Assembly: GCA_900617105.1 (NCBI GenBank) | Contig: UYFQ01000153.1 | Location: forward strand, 1 to 34,891 | DNA length: 34,891 bases | From: Hydrurus foetidus | Taxonomy: Eukaryota | Direction of reading: 5' to 3' | Shown here: positions 1 to 9,586 of the stretch, piece after piece | Layout of the letters: every line of letters begins with the position of its first letter | Numbering within the stretch: position 1 is the stretch's first letter | The notes under the pieces: model-generated | What the model saw: only the letters and a program-made list of their open reading frames with translations | Database searches by the model: none | Told to the model about the DNA's origin: nothing | Position numbers and translations under genes: made by a program

Positions 1-1807
1 CGATCTCGTTGTCCATTGATGTATTTCATCGACGAAACTTCACCCATCAGATTATATACTGATGCATCTGATTATGGAATCGGTGGTGTATTATTCCAAG
101 TCATTAATGACGAATGGAAGCCAATCGCTTTTATTAGCAAATCTTTATCTGCAGCTCCAGATTAATTGGTCAACAATACAAAAGGAGGCTTACGCTATCT
201 TTTATTGTTGCCAACAATTGGATTACCTTATCCGAGATCGAAATTCACTATTCATACTGATCATATGAATTTGACATATATGAAACAAAATCCTACTTCG
301 ATGGTAGCACGGTGGTTCATTGCAATGCAAGAACTAGATTTCACCGTTCATTTTGTTAAAGGATCTGATAACGAACTAGCCGATGCGCTGTCACGGTTAT
401 GTCCGAATCTTACTGAAATTGCTCTACCATTGACAATTGTCAAAGATGATTGTTCATCATCATCTACATCTTCTTCCACAAGTGTGGCGGCTTTAACGGT
501 CATCGAACCGGCCACAGATGAACAAATACTTCATATTCAAATGTGCCACAATGCAATTGTGGTCACAACGGTGTCGACCGAACCCTCACTCGACTTTACA
601 GTCTAAACCAAGTGTGGAAAAATATGAAACAGCACGTACGTTCATACATACGAAACTGTCCTTGTTGTCAAAAACTAAGTGCGGTTGATGCGAAAATCAA
701 TGCAGCCCATTTTTCAACTTCTACTCACGCAATTTTCGATACGTTGAATATTGACTTTGTGGGTCCTTTTCCCGATAAGGGGTATATTCTCGTCATAATT
801 GACACCTTCTCCAGATGGACAGAAATGTTCTGGTGTAAGGACGCTACTGCCGAATCTGCAGCGGAGAATTTATTAACACATTTTGGTCGATTCGGTTCGC
901 CAAACATGATAAGATCGGATCGTGGATCCCATTTCGCTAATGATCTCATAAAAGAGTTCTTAGATCTTACGGGTACGCCCCATAATCTCACTCTAGCTTA
1001 CTCCTCTCAAGAGAATGCGATTGTTGAACGAGTCAATAAAGAGATAAATAGACATTTAAAAGGATTGGTGTTCGATACACCGTCCCTTGTCCATTATGCA
1101 AAATGCATTCCGTTCGTACAACGAATTATAAATAGTTCAGTTAATAAACGTACGGGTGCAAGTCCAGCATCTATCCTATTTGCGGATAAACTTGATTTGA
1201 ATCGAGGAATTTTAACACCTCATTTGTTACCAGTGGTATCATCATCAAATTCAACATATATTGCTGATTTAATCGAGATACAGGACAAAGTCCTCGATGC
1301 AGCAATCGACTCACTTCAAAAATGTGATGAAAAACACAAAAAGTCGACATCCGGTTTGACAGTGTTTCCTATAGGGTCGTATGTCTTGGTAAAACAAGAA
1401 CACCCTCCAACTCGACTACACACTAAATGGAAAGGCCCTTTCCGTGTTGTATCCTTTGATGGATCCGAGTATGTTCTCGCGAACTTAATTACACATAAAC
1501 ACAATAGTGTACATGTAACGAATCTTAAGATATTCAATTATGACCCTTCGATGGGCTTACCTGCTGATACAGCACGTCGCGATTACATGGAGTATTTCGT
1601 TGAGAAAGTTCTTAATCACTCAGGTGATAAAAGAAACCGACTACGATGTCGTTCCATGTAAAATGGCTCAACTATGATGACTCACACAATACATGGGAGC
1701 CTTGGAAGAATCTCCGGCTCTGTGATGCACTCCATGTATACCTGAGGAACAATAACATGTCGCGTTTTGTTCCCAGGAATATTGAGGGATCAACCACCGA
1801 GGTTTGA
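1..1807 (+). pseudogene. pol: Gypsy pol fragment (RNase H, HHCC zinc-binding, integrase core, GPF/Y region, chromodomain), broken by ~4 single-base frameshifts
   Basis: Joining frames gives RNase H (LYTDASDYGIGGVL..KPIAFISK..WSTIQKEAYAI..TDHMNL..NELADALSR), H..GH..CPCC, and integrase (NIDFVGP..IRSDRGSHF..ENAIVERVNK), then KWKGPF. After a shift at ~1630 it reads YFVEKVLNH..FHVKWLNYDDSHNTWEPWKNL, with TGA at 1805-1807. Shifts lie near 157, 241, 560 and 1630. Confidence 0.92.
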
Positions 1808-2141
1808 GCTCAAACGTAATATCTTTTGAAGATTTTTTGGCCTAATTTTTGCCCTCACGAGGGATTTTTATGGTTTTTTAGTCAGTAAAAATCTGACATA
1901 ATTACGTTTGACCCTCGTACAACAGAACGATTCTGTTTTGTACATGCTCCCTTATCCTTATCTTTCTCACAATTTCCGAAACCCCTTCAAAATTTCTTTT
2001 ATATATATTTTCGCATTTGAAGTTAATGTACATATTTTTGATTTTCGTTTTTTTTTCGTTATCATTTATGTTACATATTGTTATTTTCAAACATAGAAAC
2101 GGGGGTTTCGCCATAGTTTAGTTTAGTTTAGATTTTTCTTT

Positions 2142-2166
2142 GAGAAAGAAGGATAAGTGGGGGTAG
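2142..2166 (+). promoter_or_regulatory. Polypurine tract of the Gypsy element
   Basis: GAGAAAGAAGGATAAGTGGGGGTAG directly precedes TGTGG at 2167. Confidence 0.85.
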
Positions 2167-2589
2167 TGTGGTAGTTCCGGGTCCAAGGTCCCGATCCTAC
2201 CGGATAGTACTACGGTACACTACCCACCGTACACTACAGTCTGTTGTATCGTCGTAGCCACTTACAGCCTCCACGTAGAAGTTAACCCTAGCTTCTAGCT
2301 TCCTGCTGTAACTAACTACCTCTTCTAGCCTTCCACCTCTTCCTTTTCCCATTCGAGCTACAACAGTCGGTGCTCTTGCAAGGCGCTGGAAACAACTGAA
2401 GTATCCTGATCCGACTGAGGAGGAACGAAGACAGCTACAGGATGCGGTGAAACAAATCAGTAGGAACACCAGCAACAGCAGAGGCAGCAGCAGCAGTAGC
2501 AGTAGCAGTAGCAGTAGCGCAACATCAAAGAAGATCGGATTTTAACTAACTTTGTTTTAACTCACCTATTGCCTCGTATCACCGCTATA
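2167..2589 (+). repeat. 3' LTR of the Gypsy element (end uncertain: ~2589 CCGCTATA or 2620 CCCAACA)
   Basis: Begins with TG immediately after the PPT and contains a CAG/CAGTAG microsatellite at ~2470-2519. The matching 5' LTR is not in the window. Confidence 0.65.
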
Positions 2590-2911
2590 TATTAGTCCCC
2601 AGTGCAATCATTTCCCAACAATTTTCATGTAATCTAATAAGTTTATTCGCGGTGCGCTGCGGTAGGTGTCACATGTTGTCTTAGCCGTGGGTGATGTTTC
2701 TAGTGTGGGGAGAGTGGTGACAGCGACTTGATCGAATATGTCGGTGGAGTGAGATGGTGGGGTGATTGAGTTCCATCGATGCTTCACGACTAAAAAGCAC
2801 ACAGGAGTTCACGGTGCGCAGCAGTAAGAGTCACATATTGTCTTCGCCGTCAATGATATTTCCAGTGCGGAGAGAGTCGTGACAACGACTGGGTCGAATG
2901 TGGTGGTAGGG

Positions 2912-2937
2912 TGCTGCCGACGTTGCTGCTGCTGCTG

Positions 2938-2968
<31 letters not shown>

Positions 2969-3075
2969 TGATGCTGATGCTGCTGCTGCTGCTGCTGCCA
3001 AGGATGCTACTGCTGCTGCCGTGGGCGCTGCTGCTGCCGTGGACTTTACTGCTGCTGCCGTGTAGACGCTGCTGC
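2912..3075. repeat. Imperfect (CTG)n microsatellite
   Basis: Runs of GCT/CTG, which produce the spurious poly-L/S/Q/A ORFs in the track. Confidence 0.9.
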
Positions 3076-3149
3076 CGCGGACGCTTCTTCTTCTGTGGAA
3101 GTCCTCGCGGAATAAGTTTCATGCATTTCGATCTGGGGGGAAGCTGATA

Positions 3150-3927
3150 TATCAGCTGAGACGATGAGAAGATATGATGATTTGTGGTAACTTTCTGATG
3201 GCGATCGACTCCAGGAAGGATGGACGCCACTCGACGGTGACGTTCTGCGTTGGTAGTAAGCTACTGCTGCCGTGGACGCTGCTGCTGCTGCTGCTGTAGA
3301 AGCTCTCGCGGGATGAGTTGAATGCATTTCCAGCTTGGGAGAAGTTGACAGATCAACTGAGATGAGGAGATGGCATATTAATAGACAGTGGCGTTGTGAA
3401 GGCGATCGACTCCGGGAAGGATGGACGCCACTCGGCGGTGACGTGCTGCGCCGGTAGTAAGCTGCTGCTGCTGCTGCCGTGGACGCTACTGCTGCTGCTG
3501 CTGCTGCTGTAGAAGCTCTCGCGGGATGAGTTGAATGCATTTCCAGCACAGATCAACTGAGATGAGGAGATGGCATATTAATAGACAGTGGCGTTGTGAA
3601 GGCGATCGACTCCGGGAAGGATGGACGCCACTCGGCGGTGATGTGCTGCGCCGGTAGTAAGCTGCTGCTGCTGCTGTAGAAGCTCTCGCGGGATGAGTTG
3701 AATGCATTTCCAGCTTGGGAGAAGTTGGCAGATCAACTGAGATGATGAGATGGCATATTAATAGACAGTGGCGTTGTGAAGGCGATCGACTCCGGGAAGG
3801 ATGGACGCCACTCGGCGGTGACGTGCTGCGCCGGTAGTAAGCTGCTGCTGCTGCTGCTGCTGTAGACGCTCTTGCGGGAAAAGTGGAACGCGTTTCCAGC
3901 TTGGGAGAAGTTGACAGATCAACTGAT
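3150..3927. repeat. Tandem repeat of ~4 units, 180-201 bp each, with a variable CTG tract in every unit
   Basis: The anchor GATCAACTGA occurs at 3351, 3551, 3731 and 3917, with a diverged TATCAGCTGA at 3150. One unit has a 13-nt deletion at ~3547. Confidence 0.9.
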
Positions 3928-4394
3928 ATAAGTAAATGCCTTCGCGCCAGATGGCACTGGTCTCGGGCTTTTGTGCTTTGATATTTCAAAACGATGTCAA
4001 ATTTCTATGATTGTAATTTTCCGGCGTCAGTCAATCGTGAAAGCCCGTCCAGCTGACGATTGCCAGCTGTTCTTCTGCGGGATTTCGAGGAGTTGAGTCA
4101 GTTTCAGGTAGTGGTTGAAGTCAATCTGCGTTCTAGTAGTGAATTCCTAATGCATGAAGTGAAGCGTCACCTTCTTTTCATGAACTGAATGATTTCGGAA
4201 TACTTGAATGCGCTCTTTGCAGCAGACGACAATGAAATTCAACGGGAAACGCGAATTTCTGACTCAGAAGAGATGATATTGTGTCTTCGACGTGTTCTCT
4301 ACCTGAGTAGTACTTGAAGATGTAGATGACATCGAGAGAACTGAGCTGGCAGCTGGCCGGCAGCTTCAGGAAATCTGACATGAAAGCCCGTTTC

Positions 4395-4558
4395 TGAACT
4401 TCGAAAATTAGGAGTAATTTTGAATTTCTTAGTGGGAAATTAAGAGTTTTCGAACTTCGAAAATTAGGGGAAATATTGAATTTCTTTGCGGGAATATTAA
4501 AATTGGGGGGAAGTTTCCTTTTCCGCCTTTGGCGGGAAATTCCCGCCTACGGCGGGAA
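4395..4558. promoter_or_regulatory. Imperfect ~50-bp direct repeat plus twin hairpins containing E2F-consensus-like sites
   Basis: GAACTTCGAAAATTAGG...GAATTTCTT..GGGAA occurs twice. Hairpins are TTTCCGCC-TTT-GGCGGGAA (4520-4538) and TTCCCGCC-TAC-GGCGGGAA (4540-4558). Confidence 0.4.
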
Positions 4559-4687
4559 GACTCATTTTTTTGAAATTTATCCATGGAGTTAGGTCAATCC
4601 ACATGGTAAAACGAAAAACGAAGTACAAAATTGAAAAACACCCTATTCCTCCGGGGCCTCGTTTGTTATGGTGGAGGATCCGAAATA

Positions 4688-7329
4688 CCAGCGGTGGCGG
4701 AATCTTGAACCCAACCGTTATCCTGAACCCACCGCACATATTTTCAACCTGCCCAACTCTCACCACGGCAGCTACAATTACTACCACAACACAACTGATT
4801 CTGAACCAATCGGGACGCCCCTTGGCAATCTAGTTCGCCATCGTCATCCTCAGTTGCGGATGAATTTTCGGGACGAAACGAGCTGAATTTGGAATTTATT
4901 TTGTTTAATATCTTGGGATCAGATCGGTCCTCAACAGCAAAAATTCAGCAGACAATTATGAAGCGAGGATGAGGGCTACGAACAAAACAAAATGAACAAA
5001 AAAATCAGAGGACTGCTCTACAATCATCATAACTCCTCACGCAATTTATTAAGCTAATCCGCTCTCGCGGGATAATTTCGAACACGGGTTAATCATCTGG
5101 CGCAGAACATCAAATATTTGCAACAGGCAAGAATGAACTTATCTTAGCGATTTCTTGCTCGTCAAACAAATTGTCATCATCGTCGCTATCGATTACTCCG
5201 TCAGGATCGTTTTCAGGAAGTTCCTGCACTCCATTTTGAGCAGCAGCGACTCGCTTGGCCTCCTTATTCGCTGCACGCTTGATCTTATCCTCTGCTCTCC
5301 TCTCCTCTGGCGTAAGGTTGGACCGTCGTAATTTTTCTGCCTCCTTGATATCCTTTCGAGCCTTAATTCCATCTGCTTTCTTCTCTCGAATCTCTTTTGC
5401 AGCTTGCCGTTGCTGCATTGCGGTAGCTCTTCGTTCTGGTTCTGCTGCTTTGTAGCTCTGATAGGATCTATACTTGGCGACGCAGTCATCAGCATTCATA
5501 ATAACTGACCTTTGCTGATGCAATGGACGGTCGTCTTTGGGTCTTGAATTGGATGCTTCATCGTTCACGCTTAGAATCCCTGCTGCATCCATCTGCTCCT
5601 CGGTTAGATTCCCAGTAGCTCTAAATATGGCGACCATATCCGGTATAGCCTCTTGCATAGTGGCCATATCCCGAGCAGAGATTGGTCTCGTGCAGCGTCT
5701 CATTGTTGTAAGAAAGGATAAGGGGTATTGTCCAATGCGCTTGTAACCAGTCTTCACTATCTCTGGTGTTAGAACATGCTTGATTGAGTATACAACTTGC
5801 TGTAGCGAATTGCACACTAGCGTCTTCTTTGCACTAGTTAGTCTTGGATTGCCATCCTGATCAACACGATTACCCACGACTTCCTTCAATCTTGCATTAA
5901 GCCCTTTATCAATGTAATCTGTCTCGCGAATTCTCTGCAATTTCTTCTTTGATCCATTGAAGAAGTCACTGTCGTCAGATGCTTGAGTTATGGCGCTACA
6001 GGACGCTGGTGATTTTCCAAAGTCGATCAAGGTCTCGCTCATCAGTTGCAAGAGACCACTCTCCTGAAATACTTGGATTTGCGAGGGTTCACCGTCGCAT
6101 ACTACGAATGCTCTCATTGGCGTTCCGTCTGCATTCACGCTTTTGTGAATATTCCGGCATTTTAGTATGAAGGGTGCCACAACGTGAAATGCATACCACC
6201 GGTAGAATGCTGCATTGCAGTTCCTCGTTTTGGTGAAGACCAGATATCCACTAGCATCTACCAATTGTGTATGACTAAGCCCAGTGATCTCTTCCCAGAA
6301 TAGATCATCCTCAGACATTGTATCGTCGGCAACAATGAAAACAGCTGGAGCGACGTCACCGTTAGCATTGTGAAAGTGAAAATACTTGATAGCAAATCCA
6401 AGTCCTCCTGCGCTCAAAGATGTTGGAACTACATCGCGTCCTTCGCTTTTACACTTCACGATTGTACTGTGCCCTCTGCATTTACACAGTACTGTGTTGC
6501 ATCCCAGTTGAATACGCAGCATGCATCGATTCCAGAAAGAAAAGCCTGATTCATCATAGCGAAGGAATATAGATTGCGTGGGTCACTTTCTGCAAATATA
6601 CGAGCATGAGTCTTAAATTGACACACGACGTCAGTAAAGCTGTTCGTTGCTTTGAATACCCTAACAAACTTCTTGGGTACAGTGCACTCAGTCGCCGCAA
6701 ACCCTCTCCTCTTTTTCGTCTCAGCAATCTCTTTCTCAACTCGAATTTGAAACTGATTCGTCATTGAGTTCTGACAAGTGCTTGAGTTCAGATTAGCTCT
6801 CAAATCGTTTCTAATATTGATTATTCCAGCGTCATCGATCATTGGTGGACGTCCCCAGTAAGAATCATGAAAGGTGTCCATTCCAGTAGATTTCCACAGT
6901 CTGTACTTTCTCATGTATCTTTTGATGCTTTGATAATTCCTATTATGTCGCTGCGACCATGCATAAGCACTCATCCCACTTCCCAAGATGTTCTCACAAA
7001 GCTCTTTCTGGTCTGATGCTAGCAGTACCCAATCAGATAAGTCCTGATATCTCGTTAGTTTCAACATTATTGAATCGTAAAAATTGCCGTCAATCTCGTT
7101 GGCGAAGGACACTCTAACCAGAAGTAGAAGAACGCAAAAGAGGAAATGAAAGATACCGCTCGATAGCTAACGAAGCGATCTAGGCAACTGCTAATCTCGA
7201 TTTGTGATCTACTTTTGAAAATGTTGCAAGAAGTAATGAATATTTCGAAAATAATAGGTTGCTAACGTTCAGTTTTGAAAGATCGTGGGTTCAGGATAAC
7301 GGTTGGGTTCAAGATTCCGCCACCGCTGG
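4688..7329 (-). mobile_element. 2642-bp TIR DNA transposon (IS630-Tc1-mariner/pogo-like DDD transposase) nested in the Harbinger element
   Basis: Perfect 45-bp TIRs CCAGCGGTGGCGGAATCTTGAACCCAACCGTTATCCTGAACCCAC at 4688-4732 and 7285-7329, flanked by AATA at 4684-4687 and 7330-7333. Confidence 0.92.
5110..7112 (-). CDS. DDE_1/pogo-like transposase (~660 aa joined) with one frameshift at ~6473; true start uncertain, possibly in an upstream exon
   Basis: Motifs are VFNWDATQY (D at 6501-6503), FVVCDGEPSQ (D at 6094-6096) and KSPASCSAITQASD (D at 5974-5976). The N-terminus is HTH-like with a GRPP motif, and the C-terminus is basic then acidic. A pyrimidine tract plus AG precedes 7113. Confidence 0.72.
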
Positions 7330-7491
7330 AATACGAAATGAAAAATTTTGTTTTTCGTGATCCTCCGGGCAGTTGCTTGACAAAATTTGGCTCCAGATTC
7401 TCCGTGACAAAATGGCGTGACAGAATAGGAATTATTCACATTAAATTTAAGAAATCTTCAGTTTTAAGCACTAACCAACTTAGTTGAAGCT

Positions 7492-8073
7492 ATGGAAAAG
7501 TCAGCAACACTTAGGGACTGCTTAGATGAAGCTGGGGATTTTGATTTGGACAAATATGTCGACTACAAGAAGAAGCACGATGAATTATTAGAAGAAGAAG
7601 AGGATCTTGAAGAAGTTCCACCCAAGAAGATGCCCTTTAGAAAAAGAAATAGTGATGGATACTTCCCTAATGACTGCCTAGAGTCTGAGTGGTACCGCAG
7701 ATACGTCCAATACCCAGATCATCCACTCAATAAGAAGCATATGAATTTATTTCGAAGGAGGTTCAGAATGCCTCATTCTGCTTTTAAAGATCTAGTTAAG
7801 GAGGCAAGAATAGACAATTGGTTCCCAGATTACGAGAAACGTAATGCTCTTGGAGACACGGGCGTTTCACTTGACATCTTGATTCTTGGAGCTCTACGTT
7901 ATCTTGGAAGGGGCTGGACTTTTGATGACCTCTACGAAGCTACAAGCGTCTCTGAAGAAGTACATCGCCGATTCTTTAAAGTCTTTGTTGTAGCATGCCG
8001 CAAAAATCTCTACCCTAAGTGGGTGAAAAGGCCTGAAACCCCTGAAGAGATTGAAGATTGTATGTCTGAATAC
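7492..8073 (+). pseudogene. Harbinger/PIF transposase, N-terminal half only (catalytic DDE core deleted)
   Basis: FRRRFRMPHSAF..LILGALRYLGRGWTFDDLYEATSVSEEVHRRFF..YPKWVKRP..CMSEY. The expected GFPG..GSxD motif does not follow; the ORF runs on to 8211 through antisense ORF2 sequence. Confidence 0.85.
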
Positions 8074-8659
8074 GTCCAGATTGCAGAGCGTTATCCTCAT
8101 TCATTCCGCTGGGCATTTTGCCATCAACGAGGAACTCCATCCACAGCGCCAAATATTTCTTCGCCTCCAAAATGCATGCTTTCGCTTTGTCATGAATCTG
8201 ACGCCCGGTGATAAGGTTCCTTTTACTCAGCGTGGGTACATGAATGTTATGACTAAGTTGGGCATGAGTTAATCCCGATAGATAACCATATCCACTCGCA
8301 ATTCTCCCATCATCCCATAACACCCCGAATCTTCCGTTGCCCTCGAGAAAATTGGCGGCCATTCCAATGTTGTCCTCGTCGAGTCCATGATAAAATTTGT
8401 AACAGAGATCACGAATTCCATCCATGCTGTCAGTGTTTCCTTCGAGAACGGAATTGTAGGAGGCGGCCGAGATCAGAAAGTGAAATGCTTTCTGTTGCTT
8501 GCTGTTGATAGGAGCTGGCGGATTAATTTTGGCGGAAACTTTGAGAGGTTTCATCTCATTCTTTGCTCCAGATGGTTCCTTGATGTTGGCCTCCGTCAAC
8601 TTCGGCTTCTTGGACGATCGCGATGGATTTATGTGACTTGGAGCGTCGGATCGCTTCAT
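8074..8659 (-). pseudogene. Harbinger accessory ORF2 (possibly Myb/SANT-like), 3'-truncated
   Basis: The likely ATG is at 8659 (MKRSDAP..SKKPKL, NLS-like). TGRQIHDKAK..EAKKY..PSGMNEDNA resembles the SANT-like/SGxxxxD segment of Harbinger ORF2 proteins. It is convergent with the transposase. Confidence 0.55.
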
Positions 8660-8736
8660 CGTGAATATAAAATATTTTGAATATTTGTGACGAGTATGTT
8701 CAAGCAACTGCAATTGGTTTTGGTTTTTGGAGACTA

Positions 8737-8942
8737 CGTAACAAACGAGGACCACACGAAATACATTGTTGATTCAATTTCGTATTTCGTTGCATCATAA
8801 CAAACGAGACCTTACGTAATACGAAATACGAAATCTAGTTTTGTATTTCGTATTTCGTTGCGTCATAACAAACGAGACCTTACGTAATACGAAATACGAA
8901 ATCTAGTTTTGTATTTCGTATTTCGTTTTACCAAATGGGACC
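8737..8942. repeat. Harbinger right subterminal repeats (68-bp period, internally palindromic)
   Basis: CATAACAAACGAGACCTTACGTAATACGAAATACGAAATCTAGTTTTGTATTTCGTATTTCGTT starts at 8796 and 8864, with a degenerate copy at ~8737. Confidence 0.9.
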
Positions 8943-9586
8943 GGGGACCGTTTGCATGATCAGGATCCCCATTCCAGTCCCACCAGGATGTACAGACCGT
9001 GTCCGTTCCACCAGCCAAAATATTCAGCACATCCTATCAACTGGTCGCCTCGAACACATTTTACTCCCCAATCGGAGCGTATGTAGTGATGAACAGATGG
9101 ACGGATGCATCACCGGATTCTGTAATGCCCACAATCTTAGCTAACGTGCCAGAAATTTTATGATCGTCTTTGAGCAATTCTTGCATTTTTAGTGGGATGG
9201 AGAATTTTAATCGGCACTATGCATGTGCCAAATCAAAATGTAGGGATTGCAGAACATCATTCTCCGGCCACTACTGTCTCTTACAATTCCACACTGATGC
9301 AGAAATTTATTATCATGATCCTTGCAGCGTTGCCGTCAACTTAAATGATGGCCAGTCGACTGCCCAATTATCTGTCGATTTAAATGACTCAGTCGCAATG
9401 GCTACGGTTTGCTTAAAAAATCTGGTGCGTTATAAACGCGCTCTGCTAGACTGACTTTCTAGGAGACTGTCTTAATCTGAAATGTGTGGGTAACAAATTT
9501 CTATATCTAACACCTGATATCTATCTTCTGAAACATTCAGATGGTAAATCCCATTCGAGAAGTCCCATTGGATCTGCAATGGTTGT

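Larger units (their letters stand above)
1..2589 (+). mobile_element. Ty3/Gypsy (chromovirus-type) LTR retrotransposon, 3' part; runs off the left edge
   Basis: Domain order is RNase H, integrase, chromodomain, followed by a polypurine tract and a TG-starting LTR. The right end is approximate. Confidence 0.92.
2850..4381 (-). pseudogene. Possible decayed gene of unknown function with internal repeats
   Basis: A chain of minus-strand ORF pieces (4178-4381, 3486-3989, 3046-3549, 2850-3230) with no recognisable domain. Confidence 0.25.
4592..8942 (+). mobile_element. PIF/Harbinger-type DNA transposon, internally deleted and non-autonomous, carrying a nested element
   Basis: Inverted repeats TGGTAAAACGAAAAACGAAGTACAAAA (4604-4630) and 8907-8933 match at 25/27. 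The inverted subterminal motif GGYCTCGTTTGTTATG lies at 4655-4670 and 8864-8879. The left end is TTA|GGTC. It has two convergent ORFs. No matching right TSD is seen, so the ends are +/- ~12 bp. Confidence 0.8.

Noticed and set aside
2911..3147. Poly-Leu 'membrane protein' ORF
   Set aside because: It is the translation of a CTG microsatellite.
4497..4886. Short ORFs here and at 7275-7487 sharing GFRITVGFKIPPPL
   Set aside because: The shared peptide is just the 45-bp TIR read in inverted orientation.
8935..9454. Two short + strand ORFs (69 and 94 aa)
   Set aside because: No recognisable motifs, and one lacks an ATG; unsupported.
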